This document shows, piece by piece, positions 43,865 to 53,122 of a stretch of DNA of 64,000 bases (positions within the stretch are counted from its first letter, which is position 1; each line of letters begins with the position of its first letter). Below the pieces are notes generated by a model, which saw only the letters and a program-made list of their open reading frames with translations, was not told where the DNA came from and ran no database searches. Position numbers and translations under genes: made by a program. This DNA comes from Vulcanimicrobiota bacterium (GTDB lineage Bacteria; Vulcanimicrobiota; Vulcanimicrobiia; Vulcanimicrobiales; Vulcanimicrobiaceae). The stretch is from positions 1,760,001 to 1,824,000 of the forward strand of contig OY970223.1 in assembly GCA_963714015.1 (NCBI GenBank), read 5' to 3'.

Positions 43865-45055
43865 GTGATAGAACTCAACAGCGGGCAACTGCTCCAACTG
43901 ACGCTGACGGTAGAATGCGCCGCGATGACTCTAGTCGCCGGCGTCTTCTTCTTAGTGCTGCGCGCCACGCACCGGACCCGCGGACGCGGATGGCTCTGCG
44001 GCTTTGCCTTATTCGCGGCGGCTCTTGCGTGCGAAGCCTCCGGGCGCGCCTTCCCCTCGACGGCGATACTCGTGGGCTATTCAGCCAGCCTGTTCGCAAT
44101 CGTCGGCGCCGTCGTCACGGTAAAGTCGTCCTTCGCCTTCGTGCAGGTAGAACGCATTCCGCAGTGGGCGCTCGGAGTATTGGCCGGAGCGGCCGCCGCT
44201 TCGCTTGCCATTGCGGCCAGGGGCTATTTGGACCCCTCACTGCTCGCGTCCGAAGCGGCACTTGCCTCGGGAACCGGCATTAGCGCAATCGTGCTCTTCC
44301 CCGCGGCGCGGCAATCACGGCGGCCGGGCGTTCTCACCGCTTGCTTCACATCTGGGCTCCTGAGCCTGATGATGCTGCGGACGCTGTTGTGCGCCGCAGT
44401 CCTGGGCGTTCAACACGAACAACTCAACGATCTGTATTGGGTATTCGAGACCATCGGCGGCGTAATTCTGGCGTTCGTCTTGGCAATGGGCGAACTCGTC
44501 GCAATTCTGGACGAAGTGCGCTCCGATCTGGAAGACTCGAACGCGGCGCTTGCCGGCGCGCTAGAAAATCTAGAGATCGCCGCGCGCATGGACCCTCTGA
44601 CCGGTCTTTACAACCGCTACGCTTTCTACGCCGTCGTCGCGGAATTGCGGCGTAACCGTACCCTCGACGGCTCGATCGTCGCGATCGATCTGAACGGACT
44701 CAAACGCATCAACGACACTTTCGGGCACTATGCCGGCGATCGCGCGCTTCGCAATGTGGCGCTGCGGCTGCAAGAGATGGTGCGCTCGACCGACTACGTC
44801 TTCCGCTGGGGCGGGGACGAATTCGTCATGCTGCTCTTCGACGTCGAGCCCGACGTAGCGCGCGATAGGCTCGCGCGTATGCGGCCGCCCGACCAGCTGC
44901 AACTGCGCGATCGTCTGCCGGTCGATTTGAGCGTCTCCTGGGGCGTGGCTCCGCTCGCCTATGACGTCGAAGCCGCGCTGCGTCAGGCGGACGAGCAACT
45001 GTACAGCCAGCGCCGGCTGATCCGCAACGCGGCGCAGCCCGTTCCCCGCGCATGA
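43865..45055 (+). CDS. Membrane-bound diguanylate cyclase
   Basis: About 7 TM helices, DPLTGLYNR, INDTFGH, RWGGDEF. Confidence 0.93.
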   Translation: MIELNSGQLLQLTLTVECAAMTLVAGVFFLVLRATHRTRGRGWLCGFALFAAALACEASGRAFPSTAILVGYSASLFAIVGAVVTVKSSFAFVQVERIPQWALGVLAGAAAASLAIAARGYLDPSLLASEAALASGTGISAIVLFPAARQSRRPGVLTACFTSGLLSLMMLRTLLCAAVLGVQHEQLNDLYWVFETIGGVILAFVLAMGELVAILDEVRSDLEDSNAALAGALENLEIAARMDPLTGLYNRYAFYAVVAELRRNRTLDGSIVAIDLNGLKRINDTFGHYAGDRALRNVALRLQEMVRSTDYVFRWGGDEFVMLLFDVEPDVARDRLARMRPPDQLQLRDRLPVDLSVSWGVAPLAYDVEAALRQADEQLYSQRRLIRNAAQPVPRA

Positions 45056-45357
45056 TCGCTCCGGTTTTATGCCTGCTCGTGCCTGCGCTTCCGGGGTGCA
45101 CGAGCGTCGTCGACTATATGGCGACTCCGCAGCGCATTGCGGCGGCACGATCCTACTACGACGGAAAGAACGTCTACGTTACGGGAATCGTCCGTAGGAA
45201 AAACGCGAAGTACTTCGTTTGCGCTGAGCGCGGCTGCATCCGCGTGGTGGTTCCGGCGCAAGAACCGCTGCGCGCCGGGCAAATGGCCTCGGTGAGGGGG
45301 CCGTACCTCCGGCGCAGCGATGCGATCCGCGCAACGGAGGTCCTCGCGCGAGGGTAG
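45052..45357 (+). CDS. Putative lipoprotein (OB-fold-like)
   Basis: LPGC lipobox-like motif; start overlaps GGDEF stop. Confidence 0.6.
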   Translation: MIAPVLCLLVPALPGCTSVVDYMATPQRIAAARSYYDGKNVYVTGIVRRKNAKYFVCAERGCIRVVVPAQEPLRAGQMASVRGPYLRRSDAIRATEVLARG

Positions 45358-45368
45358 AAGGCTGCCGC

Positions 45369-46790
45369 ATGCGACGGGTACTTTGGTCGCTTGCGTTACT
45401 TTGCGTTCTGCCGTTTTCGGTCGTGGCCGCCGCTCCTGCGGCGCCCGTCGTCATCACTGCGCAGCAGATAGCGCTTTACAGTGACCGCGGCGTCATGATC
45501 TGCGACGGCGGCGTGGATCTGCGCATGCCGGGGCTGAAGATCGACGCAACTCGCGCGGCCTACGATTTGCGCGCCAACCGGCTCACGGCCGCGGGCGACG
45601 TCCACGTTACGACGGTAAACGGAACGCAGAGCGGCACGGCTTACGTCTACGATTTCGCAACCGCGCGCGGCTCCTTCAGTCAAACCGCCGCCGTTCCGGA
45701 ATTCTCGACCAACGACGCCGTCGTCATTGCTCAGCAGGCGGAACTTCATCCCGCGCAGTCCATCGGCTTTACCAACGGTCAAGTGCGCACCGGGACCGTG
45801 CTTACGCCCGTCGCTTCGTACACATACGGCATTCCAAGTCCCACCGCCAAGGACTTCGGCTATTCGCCGGTACCGTCCGCAGCGTTGGAGTGGCCGTTTC
45901 TGCTCTCCGACTCGCGCAACCAATACACGTTTGCGAAGGTGCGATTCGACCGGTACAACGGCGGCCCCGGAACGGGAATGGAAGAACACTATGCTCGCAC
46001 CGATCGGGGGTACGTCGCGCTCGGCCAAACAATCGACGTGGACGGCGGCCGTATGGACCTGGCCGCCTACGAACGGATCAACGACACGCTCTCGCAGTCG
46101 CTCACCGGTTCGACGCTCTTCGGCGTGCGTTCGTTCCGGTACGCGCTCACGTCGAGCGGCAAGGACGGATACATGTCGTTGTCGTCCTCGCAGTACAACG
46201 ATCAGCGCAGCGACGATCTGCTGGTTCAAGGAAATCAACGGCCCATTGGGCGGATTGCTTCATTCCGTTTTCAGGCCGACCTCGGCCACGACGTTCATCC
46301 GGGCGATTGGAACGTCGCGCAGGATCTGCGTCTGACGCCCGGCATGCATATCGACACGTCATCGCTGCGGGCGGGGCTCGGAACGATCTCCGGTTCTTTC
46401 GATCTCGGCGAAAGTTTTTATGATTACGGCCGGGCGACGCTTGCAAGCACGGCGGCATTCTGGGCCAACGAGCCGGTGAATCAGCATCTGCTTTGGAACG
46501 CGGGACTGACGTTCTCGCACGACGCGCCGCCGTATCCGTCGACATATCGCACGTACGTGCTCGGCTCGACCTGGAAGGCGAGTGACGCGTTCAACCTCGT
46601 CTCGTCGCTGCAGTACACGCACGACTACGGTCAGTACTTCGGTTACGGCCGTCCGGAATTTAGCGCCGCGTTCGACGTGCGCATCAAGCGCAAGAACGGC
46701 GGCGGTTATGAAGTCGGAACGATCGTTCCCTTCGGCGGCGTGGGCGATCTCTCGCGTCAAACCGTCTTGAACGTGCGTTTTTTCCGCTAG
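45369..46790 (+). CDS. Secreted/outer-membrane protein, LptD/OstA-like N-terminus possible
   Basis: Signal peptide, beta-strand-rich, aromatic C-terminus (VRFFR). Confidence 0.6.
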   Translation: MRRVLWSLALLCVLPFSVVAAAPAAPVVITAQQIALYSDRGVMICDGGVDLRMPGLKIDATRAAYDLRANRLTAAGDVHVTTVNGTQSGTAYVYDFATARGSFSQTAAVPEFSTNDAVVIAQQAELHPAQSIGFTNGQVRTGTVLTPVASYTYGIPSPTAKDFGYSPVPSAALEWPFLLSDSRNQYTFAKVRFDRYNGGPGTGMEEHYARTDRGYVALGQTIDVDGGRMDLAAYERINDTLSQSLTGSTLFGVRSFRYALTSSGKDGYMSLSSSQYNDQRSDDLLVQGNQRPIGRIASFRFQADLGHDVHPGDWNVAQDLRLTPGMHIDTSSLRAGLGTISGSFDLGESFYDYGRATLASTAAFWANEPVNQHLLWNAGLTFSHDAPPYPSTYRTYVLGSTWKASDAFNLVSSLQYTHDYGQYFGYGRPEFSAAFDVRIKRKNGGGYEVGTIVPFGGVGDLSRQTVLNVRFFR

Positions 46791-46798
46791 CCGCTCGG

Positions 46799-48334
46799 CT
46801 ATTCCAGCGCGGGTGCGGCTTGCTGCGGCGCGGCGCTCTTGGGTGAGGTCAAAAAGATCACAAACGGCGTCAGCAAGATCGTGACGAGCGCGAGGAACGA
46901 GAACGCGTCGGCGAAGGCTAAGGTCGTCGCCTGCTGCACCACCAAATTATAAATGGAAGCGATGGGCGCGTGATGCGCGAGGGCATCGTTCAACGCCGGA
47001 TTGCGCAAGGTCATCCGCGCGGCGATATCCGACTGATGCAGCGCGCTGCGGCGATCCAAGAGGGTGACCAGGCACGCCGTCGAGATGGAGCCGCCCAGCT
47101 GCTGGCACAAGCTGATGAGTGAGGTCGCCTTTTGCGTGTCGGCCCCTCGCACGCTGCTGAGTACGGCGATCGAAAGCGGGAGGAAGAGCATGCCGAATCC
47201 GGCGCCGCCGACGACCAGTGCCCACCCGAAGGTCCAAAACGTCGAGTCGGTCGTCGTCACATTGGCCTGCATCAGATTGGCGATCGCTACGATGATGAAG
47301 CCGAGCGCGAGCATGACTCGAGGCTGCACGTGAAAGCGGCTGAGGAGGATCAGCGTGATGGGCGTGAATACCGCGATTGCGAGGGCGCGCAGCAGAATCG
47401 ACTCGCCGCTGAGGGTAGCGGTGAAGCTCAAGAGCTCCTGCTGAAACTGCGGCGAAAGTATGACGCCGCCGAAAAGCGTGAACCCGATGGTCATCGCGAG
47501 CAGCGTACCGCCCGCGACGGTCCGGTTCTTGAGAATCCGCAGATCGACGATCGGATTCTTCGTTCCGTAGATTTCCCAAAAGGCGAAGAGCGTTAATCCG
47601 ACTATTGCGACGATGCCCAGGATCAGTATACGGTGGTCCGCCAGCCAGTCATTACGTTCGCCTTCGTCCAGAACGTACTGTAGGGACCCCAGCCCCGCCG
47701 CGAGCAGCGCCAGACCGATCCCATCGAACGTTCCGCTCCGCCGGTGATAATTCGGATTGCGAAGCGTCGTCGCAATCAGGATCGCCGCTACGATGCCGGG
47801 CACGATGTTGATGTAGAAGATCCAGTTCCACGAGAGCGCGTCGGTGAGGATTCCTCCGAGCGTAGGGCCGATGCTGGGGCCCACGATGGCTCCGAGCGAA
47901 ACCAGTGCTTGACTTTTGCCGAGTTCTCGCGCCGGGAACGTGTCGCGTAAAATCGCTTGGCCGGTCGCGATGAGACCGCCGCCGCACAGCCCTTGCAGAA
48001 TACGGAAGAAGACCAGTTCAGTGAGCGAGGTCGACAGGCCGCAAAGCGCCGACGTCAGCGTAAAACCAACGATAGCGGCGACGTAATACTGTTTTCTGCC
48101 GAACGTCTGTTGCAGCCATGGGGTGAGCGGAATGACGATGACGGCGGCGATGATGTAGCCGGTGACGACCCATGCGGCCTCGTCGAAGTTCGCGCCGAGG
48201 TTCCCTTGGATCGTCGGCAGCGCGACGTTGACGATCGTTGCGTCGAGCACTTGCAAAAGCGTTGCGGACATTACGCCGATGACGACGATCCAGCGTCTCG
48301 TGCCGTATTCGACCAGCGATTCGTCGTGTATCAT
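46799..48334 (-). CDS. EmrB/QacA (DHA2) efflux MFS transporter
   Basis: LDATIVNVALP, FRILQG, WIFYINI. Confidence 0.92.
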   Translation of the reverse strand: MIHDESLVEYGTRRWIVVIGVMSATLLQVLDATIVNVALPTIQGNLGANFDEAAWVVTGYIIAAVIVIPLTPWLQQTFGRKQYYVAAIVGFTLTSALCGLSTSLTELVFFRILQGLCGGGLIATGQAILRDTFPARELGKSQALVSLGAIVGPSIGPTLGGILTDALSWNWIFYINIVPGIVAAILIATTLRNPNYHRRSGTFDGIGLALLAAGLGSLQYVLDEGERNDWLADHRILILGIVAIVGLTLFAFWEIYGTKNPIVDLRILKNRTVAGGTLLAMTIGFTLFGGVILSPQFQQELLSFTATLSGESILLRALAIAVFTPITLILLSRFHVQPRVMLALGFIIVAIANLMQANVTTTDSTFWTFGWALVVGGAGFGMLFLPLSIAVLSSVRGADTQKATSLISLCQQLGGSISTACLVTLLDRRSALHQSDIAARMTLRNPALNDALAHHAPIASIYNLVVQQATTLAFADAFSFLALVTILLTPFVIFLTSPKSAAPQQAAPALE

Positions 48335-48340
48335 AGCCGC

Positions 48341-48844
48341 ATGCCAACCTTAAACGTCGACTACGCCGATCCCGGGCCAATCCGCCGCAGCTGGACGCAA
48401 TTGAGCGGACGCGAATTTCTTGAACTTATCGGCGAAGGCCGGATCGCACTGCCGCCCATTCTTGCAGTGCTGGACATCACGGCCGGCGCGGTAGGCGACG
48501 GCGTCATCGAATTCGCGATGCGTCCGCACGACTACATGATGAACTTGGCGGGAACGATTCACGGCGGCGTGCTCGCAACGCTGGTCGACTCGGCGCTCAC
48601 GTGCGCGCTGGTCACGAAGCTGCCCCAAGGCATGGGTTGCGTCTCGATCGATTTGCAGATGCGGTTCTTCCGGCCGGCGCGGATGTCGTCGGAGCTGCTT
48701 ACCGCTCGCGCGGAAGTGCTGAACGCGGGCAAGACGCTTGGCGCGACGCAGGGTGAAATTCGGGACGCTAACGGACGTTTGATCGTGCACGCGACCTCGT
48801 CGCTCGCCATTGCCGCCACCGATTCGCTCATAACCGAAAGATAA
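48341..48844 (+). CDS. PaaI-family thioesterase
   Basis: NLAGTIHGGVLATLVD hotdog-fold motif. Confidence 0.9.
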   Translation: MPTLNVDYADPGPIRRSWTQLSGREFLELIGEGRIALPPILAVLDITAGAVGDGVIEFAMRPHDYMMNLAGTIHGGVLATLVDSALTCALVTKLPQGMGCVSIDLQMRFFRPARMSSELLTARAEVLNAGKTLGATQGEIRDANGRLIVHATSSLAIAATDSLITER

Positions 48845-48847
48845 GAA

Positions 48848-49159
48848 CTACCAGATCCCCAGCATGACTTTGACGTCTTCCGTTGCCATTTCGCGCGGAT
48901 CCCACGGCGGCGAAAACGTGATGTCCACGGTCACGCTTTTCACGCCCTCGATCGCTTTGATGTTGTCTTCGACGGATTGTTTGAAGAGCGGACCCACCGG
49001 ACACATCGGTGAGGTGAGCGTCATAATCACGGTAACGTGCTCGCCGCTGACCCCCTCCGCAACGATGTCGTAAACCAAACCCAGATCGAGGATCGGGATG
49101 TTCAGTTCCGGATCGTTGACGTTCTTCAGTGACTCGCGAACTTGTTCGATTGTCGGCAT
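48848..49159 (-). CDS. DUF59/SufT-like Fe-S cluster assembly factor
   Basis: DPELNIPILDLGLVY, MTLTSPMCP, PPW. Confidence 0.92.
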   Translation of the reverse strand: MPTIEQVRESLKNVNDPELNIPILDLGLVYDIVAEGVSGEHVTVIMTLTSPMCPVGPLFKQSVEDNIKAIEGVKSVTVDITFSPPWDPREMATEDVKVMLGIW

Positions 49160-49215
49160 ATGTTTTGTATTAGTGCGTAGAGGCGCATGCGCCCCGCTTG
49201 CGAACCCTGGCGGTC

Positions 49216-49668
49216 ATGCGTTTCTTTCGCACGTCTCTCCTTGCAACACTCGTCGGGCTTGCCGCGTTGCCGGCGCCGGCTCTGGCGGGCATTTCGGTAG
49301 CCGGCGGGGGCTACTTTCAGAGCAAGCCGTCGGTTACCGGTGCGGCCGGTATCCTGAGTACCGGCACGTCGGTCCCAAACCTGCCGCTGGCGCTGCAAGG
49401 CTCGCTGCTCGTCCCCTTAACCGGGAGCGGTGGCTACGCGGCAACCTTTGAAATCCGCGGTTTGACCGGCGGCGGATACGGCGGCGCATACGTGGGAGCC
49501 GGCGCCGGGGTGGGGGATCTGAGCGCCAACCGAAGCGCGGGGACCGTTTTCACGTTTTTCGCCGGAAAGTCGATTGCCCCGATGACGTCAATCGAGCTGC
49601 GGCTTTATACCCAGACCCAGGACCAGGGCGCGGCCGCCGGTTTTGTCGGCCTACGGTTTAGTTTTTGA
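49216..49668 (+). CDS. Small outer-membrane beta-barrel-like protein
   Basis: Signal peptide, alternating beta pattern, C-terminal GLRFSF. Confidence 0.65.
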   Translation: MRFFRTSLLATLVGLAALPAPALAGISVAGGGYFQSKPSVTGAAGILSTGTSVPNLPLALQGSLLVPLTGSGGYAATFEIRGLTGGGYGGAYVGAGAGVGDLSANRSAGTVFTFFAGKSIAPMTSIELRLYTQTQDQGAAAGFVGLRFSF

Positions 49669-49704
49669 GCAAGGCAGGCGCAACGCTAATTATCGAGACC
49701 GGGT

Positions 49705-49732
49705 TAGACGTTCTTACCGATAGAGACGATAC
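49705..49732 (+). promoter_or_regulatory. Sigma28-like promoter before clpC
   Basis: TAGA-N16-GACGATAC; shares the 11-mer GACGATACTTA with the PilZ upstream site. Confidence 0.4.
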
Positions 49733-49805
49733 TTAAGTAGCAAGCTTCAAGCGGGTATAGTCAGGGCGCCGGGTGTGGATTGGAACGAAGGAGTTAGAGC
49801 AGACC

Positions 49806-52304
49806 ATGTCAATGTGGGAACCGTTCACCGAGCGAGCGCGCCGGAGCATCGTTCTGGCGCAAGAAGAGGCGCAGCGTCTCGGTAACAACTACATCGGGAC
49901 CGAGCACATTCTGCTCGGAATCATCTCCGAAGGCGAAAGCCTTGCGGCCAAAGTCCTCGAGACGCTGGGCGTGAATCTCGCGAAGGTTCGCCAAGAGGTC
50001 GAGGCCATCGTCGGACGCGGCGGACAAACGGTTCAGCAAGAGATGGTATTCACTCCCCGCGCAAAACGCGTCATCGAACTGGCTTTCGAAGAAGCACGCC
50101 AGCTGAATCACAACTACATCGGTACGGAACATCTGCTCCTCGGACTAATTCGTGAAGGGGAAGGCGTCGCGGCGCGCGTTCTGACCAATCTGGGCGTCGA
50201 CCCGGCGAAGGTGCGCGTTCAAACCACGTCGCTCTTAGGCGCCGAAGGTCAGCCGCCGGCTCCCAAAGGCAAGAGCAAGACGCCGACCCTTGACGCGTAT
50301 GGCCGCGATCTCACGCAGCTCGCGCGGGAGGCCAAACTCGACCCCGTCATCGGCCGCAGCAGCGAAATAGAGCGCGTCATTCAAATTCTCTCGCGGCGCA
50401 CCAAGAACAATCCGGCGCTCATCGGCGAACCGGGCGTGGGAAAGACGGCGATAGCCGAAGGTTTGGCGCAGCGCGTCATCAAGGGCGACATCCCCGAGCC
50501 GCTGCGCGACAAGCGGGTCATCACGCTCGACTTGGCCGGACTTGTCGCGGGCACCAAGTATCGCGGCGAGTTTGAGGAGCGCATGAAGCGCGTCATGGAC
50601 GAGATCCGCGGCGCTGCCGGCGAGATTATTCTGTTCATCGACGAATTGCACACACTCGTGGGAGCCGGTGCCGCCGAAGGCGCGATCGACGCCAGCAACA
50701 TCATCAAACCGGCGCTCGCACGCGGCGAACTGCAATGCATCGGCGCGACGACGCTCAACGAGTTCCGCAAGCATATCGAAAAAGACTCGGCGCTCGAGCG
50801 GCGCTTCCAGCCAGTCATGGTGGGAGAGCCCAGCGTCGAGGAGACGATCGAGATCCTCAAGGGTCTGCGCGACCGCTACGAAGCGCACCACAAAGTGCAG
50901 ATAACCGATGCCGCGCTGGCGGCAGCCGCCAAACTCGGCGACCGGTATATCACGGATCGCTTCCTGCCCGACAAGGCCGTCGATCTGATCGACGAAGCAG
51001 CTTCGCGCGTTCGTCTGCAAGCAACACTGCCGCCTCCGGAGATTCGGGAGATCGACTCGCAACTGCGGAAGATCATCGCAGAAAAAGAAGCCGTCGTGAA
51101 GGCTCAGGAGTTCGATAAGGCCGCTTCGCTGCGCGACCGCGAGGAGAAGATTCGCCTGGAGAAGGCCCGCCTGGAAAACGAGTGGCAAGAGAAGCGCGCG
51201 CAGAGCGACAAGATCGTCAAAGTCACCGAAGAGGACGTTGCGTACATCGTTTCTTCCTGGACGAAGATTCCGGTCAGCCGGCTTGCCCAAGCGGAGACGG
51301 AGAAGCTGCTCAACATGGCCGACTCGCTGCACAAGCGCGTGGTTGGGCAGGAGGAAGCGGTCAACGTCATCGTCCGCGCCATCCGGCGCTCCCGCGCCGG
51401 TCTGAAAAATCCGAGCCGTCCCATCGGTTCGTTCATGTTCCTCGGGCCGACCGGCGTCGGAAAGACCGAAGTCGCGCGCAGCGTTGCAGAGTTCCTGTTC
51501 GATGATTCGGATTCGATGATTCGCATCGACATGTCGGAGTACATGGAAAAGTACGCCGTTTCACGTTTGGTCGGCGCGCCTCCGGGATACGTCGGTTACG
51601 AGGAAGGCGGTCAGCTCACCGAGGCGGTGCGGCGCCGTCCGTATTCGGTCGTGCTGCTGGACGAAGTCGAGAAAGCGCATCCGGACGTCTTCAACCTGCT
51701 GCTCCAGGTGCTCGACGATGGGCGATTGACCGATTCCCAAGGGCGCCAGGTCGACTTCAAAAACACCGTGATCGTCATGACGTCGAACGTCGGCGCCACC
51801 GGTATGACGACGACTACGGACATCGGTTTCCGCACGAGCAAGACCGAAAACGAAGACGAGTCGCGCCAGTACGAGCGCATGAAGAACAAAGTGCTGGAGG
51901 AAGTCAAGCACACGTTCCGGCCGGAGTTCGTCAACCGCTTGGACGAGATTGTGGTCTTCCATCAGCTGACGCGTCCGCAGATCGAGCAGATCGTCGGACT
52001 GGAACTCGAGAAAGTCATGCGCGAAGTGAAAGCGCAGGAGATGAGCCTCGAGGTAACTGACGAGGCCAAGGCGCTTCTGGCGAAAAAGGGCTGGGATCCG
52101 CAGTACGGCGCGCGTCCGCTGCGCCGCGCTATACAGCGCGAAGTCGAAGACGAGCTGGCCGAGGAGATGCTTCGCGGTACGTTCGGTGCCGGCGATCGCA
52201 TCTTGGGCGAAATCGACCCGGACAATCCGGAGAAACTGCGCTACAGCAAGGTTCCCAACGTGGAACCGCCGCCGCAGCGGGAAGCCGAACACGCCACTTC
52301 GTAG
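49806..52304 (+). CDS. clpC: ATP-dependent Clp protease ATPase ClpC
   Basis: Two Clp-N repeats, [11 protein letters not shown] coiled coil, [11 protein letters not shown] loop; AAGGAG RBS. Confidence 0.96.
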   Translation: MSMWEPFTERARRSIVLAQEEAQRLGNNYIGTEHILLGIISEGESLAAKVLETLGVNLAKVRQEVEAIVGRGGQTVQQEMVFTPRAKRVIELAFEEARQLNHNYIGTEHLLLGLIREGEGVAARVLTNLGVDPAKVRVQTTSLLGAEGQPPAPKGKSKTPTLDAYGRDLTQLAREAKLDPVIGRSSEIERVIQILSRRTKNNPALIGEPGVGKTAIAEGLAQRVIKGDIPEPLRDKRVITLDLAGLVAGTKYRGEFEERMKRVMDEIRGAAGEIILFIDELHTLVGAGAAEGAIDASNIIKPALARGELQCIGATTLNEFRKHIEKDSALERRFQPVMVGEPSVEETIEILKGLRDRYEAHHKVQITDAALAAAAKLGDRYITDRFLPDKAVDLIDEAASRVRLQATLPPPEIREIDSQLRKIIAEKEAVVKAQEFDKAASLRDREEKIRLEKARLENEWQEKRAQSDKIVKVTEEDVAYIVSSWTKIPVSRLAQAETEKLLNMADSLHKRVVGQEEAVNVIVRAIRRSRAGLKNPSRPIGSFMFLGPTGVGKTEVARSVAEFLFDDSDSMIRIDMSEYMEKYAVSRLVGAPPGYVGYEEGGQLTEAVRRRPYSVVLLDEVEKAHPDVFNLLLQVLDDGRLTDSQGRQVDFKNTVIVMTSNVGATGMTTTTDIGFRTSKTENEDESRQYERMKNKVLEEVKHTFRPEFVNRLDEIVVFHQLTRPQIEQIVGLELEKVMREVKAQEMSLEVTDEAKALLAKKGWDPQYGARPLRRAIQREVEDELAEEMLRGTFGAGDRILGEIDPDNPEKLRYSKVPNVEPPPQREAEHATS

Positions 52305-52324
52305 TTCATGCAGTAGTCACGACC

Positions 52325-52355
52325 AAACAGCACGCCGTTCCGGCGTGCTGTTTTC
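52325..52355 (+). terminator. Intrinsic terminator (likely bidirectional) after clpC
   Basis: AAACAGCACGCCG-TTC-CGGCGTGCTGTTTT. Confidence 0.85.
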
Positions 52356-52416
52356 ATACTCGCGTGGATGTCACCGGTTTCCAGAGTTGGACAGCGCCAT
52401 TGCGCGATGCGTTCGC

Positions 52417-52668
52417 TCAGGTCGATACGAGTCTGAATCCCCGGACGATGGGGTGGCTCGCGAAAGCGAACTCCTGATCGCCGGCGTTTTCGGCCGAGTA
52501 TGCCGCGGCCCACGGTTCGAAGCCGTTACGCACGCGCCGATCGAAATCGAATCCGTTCCTCTTAGCGGTCTGTTCGGCCGCCTTTTGTTCGCCTTCGATG
52601 ACGCGCGCTTCGCCGATCAGGTCCGGACGGGTGTGAACGTAGTCGCCCCAAACGTGCCACATGCTCAT
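52417..52668 (-). CDS. Hypothetical protein
   Basis: 83 aa starting MSMWHVWGDY, directly after the SnoaL-like gene. Confidence 0.5.
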   Translation of the reverse strand: MSMWHVWGDYVHTRPDLIGEARVIEGEQKAAEQTAKRNGFDFDRRVRNGFEPWAAAYSAENAGDQEFAFASHPIVRGFRLVST

Positions 52669-52673
52669 GTCTT

Positions 52674-53060
52674 TTAAGTCTTCCCAAAACAACGTGAAGC
52701 CGGGCCGCCGAACGCCACCGTAAGATACGATATTTTGCCGTTCCGAAGGTCGATTACGAAGCAGCCGCCCGTTGCCTCGGGAATGTCGTGCCACCGAAAT
52801 TCCGCCATGATCCGATCGCCGGCGATCTTGGACCGCACGACGGTGATCTGGTCGTCGGGCGGGTCGTCGCGGTAGCGCTCGGCAATCGCGGCTTTTCCGT
52901 AGAGAGCCGGATCCGGAACGCCGTCGAATTCCAAAACCGCATCCTGGGCAAAAGACGCCAAATACTCGGAGAAATCATGGTGACGGACGCCCGCGTTGAA
53001 TAGCCCGACGAAACGGTCTAGGAATGCCTCCGTAGCTTGCGCGATAGGCGATTCGGTCAT
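52674..53060 (-). CDS. SnoaL-like / NTF2 family protein
   Basis: FAQDAVLEF..GKAAIAERY..LRNGKI; TAGACT lies 7 nt before ATG. Confidence 0.75.
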   Translation of the reverse strand: MTESPIAQATEAFLDRFVGLFNAGVRHHDFSEYLASFAQDAVLEFDGVPDPALYGKAAIAERYRDDPPDDQITVVRSKIAGDRIMAEFRWHDIPEATGGCFVIDLRNGKISYLTVAFGGPASRCFGKT

Positions 53061-53122
53061 CACTTTAAGTCTATCAGCTGCTCGCAGGCCCGCAAGGTCC
53101 CGTCTGCGTACGAAGTGCTGCG

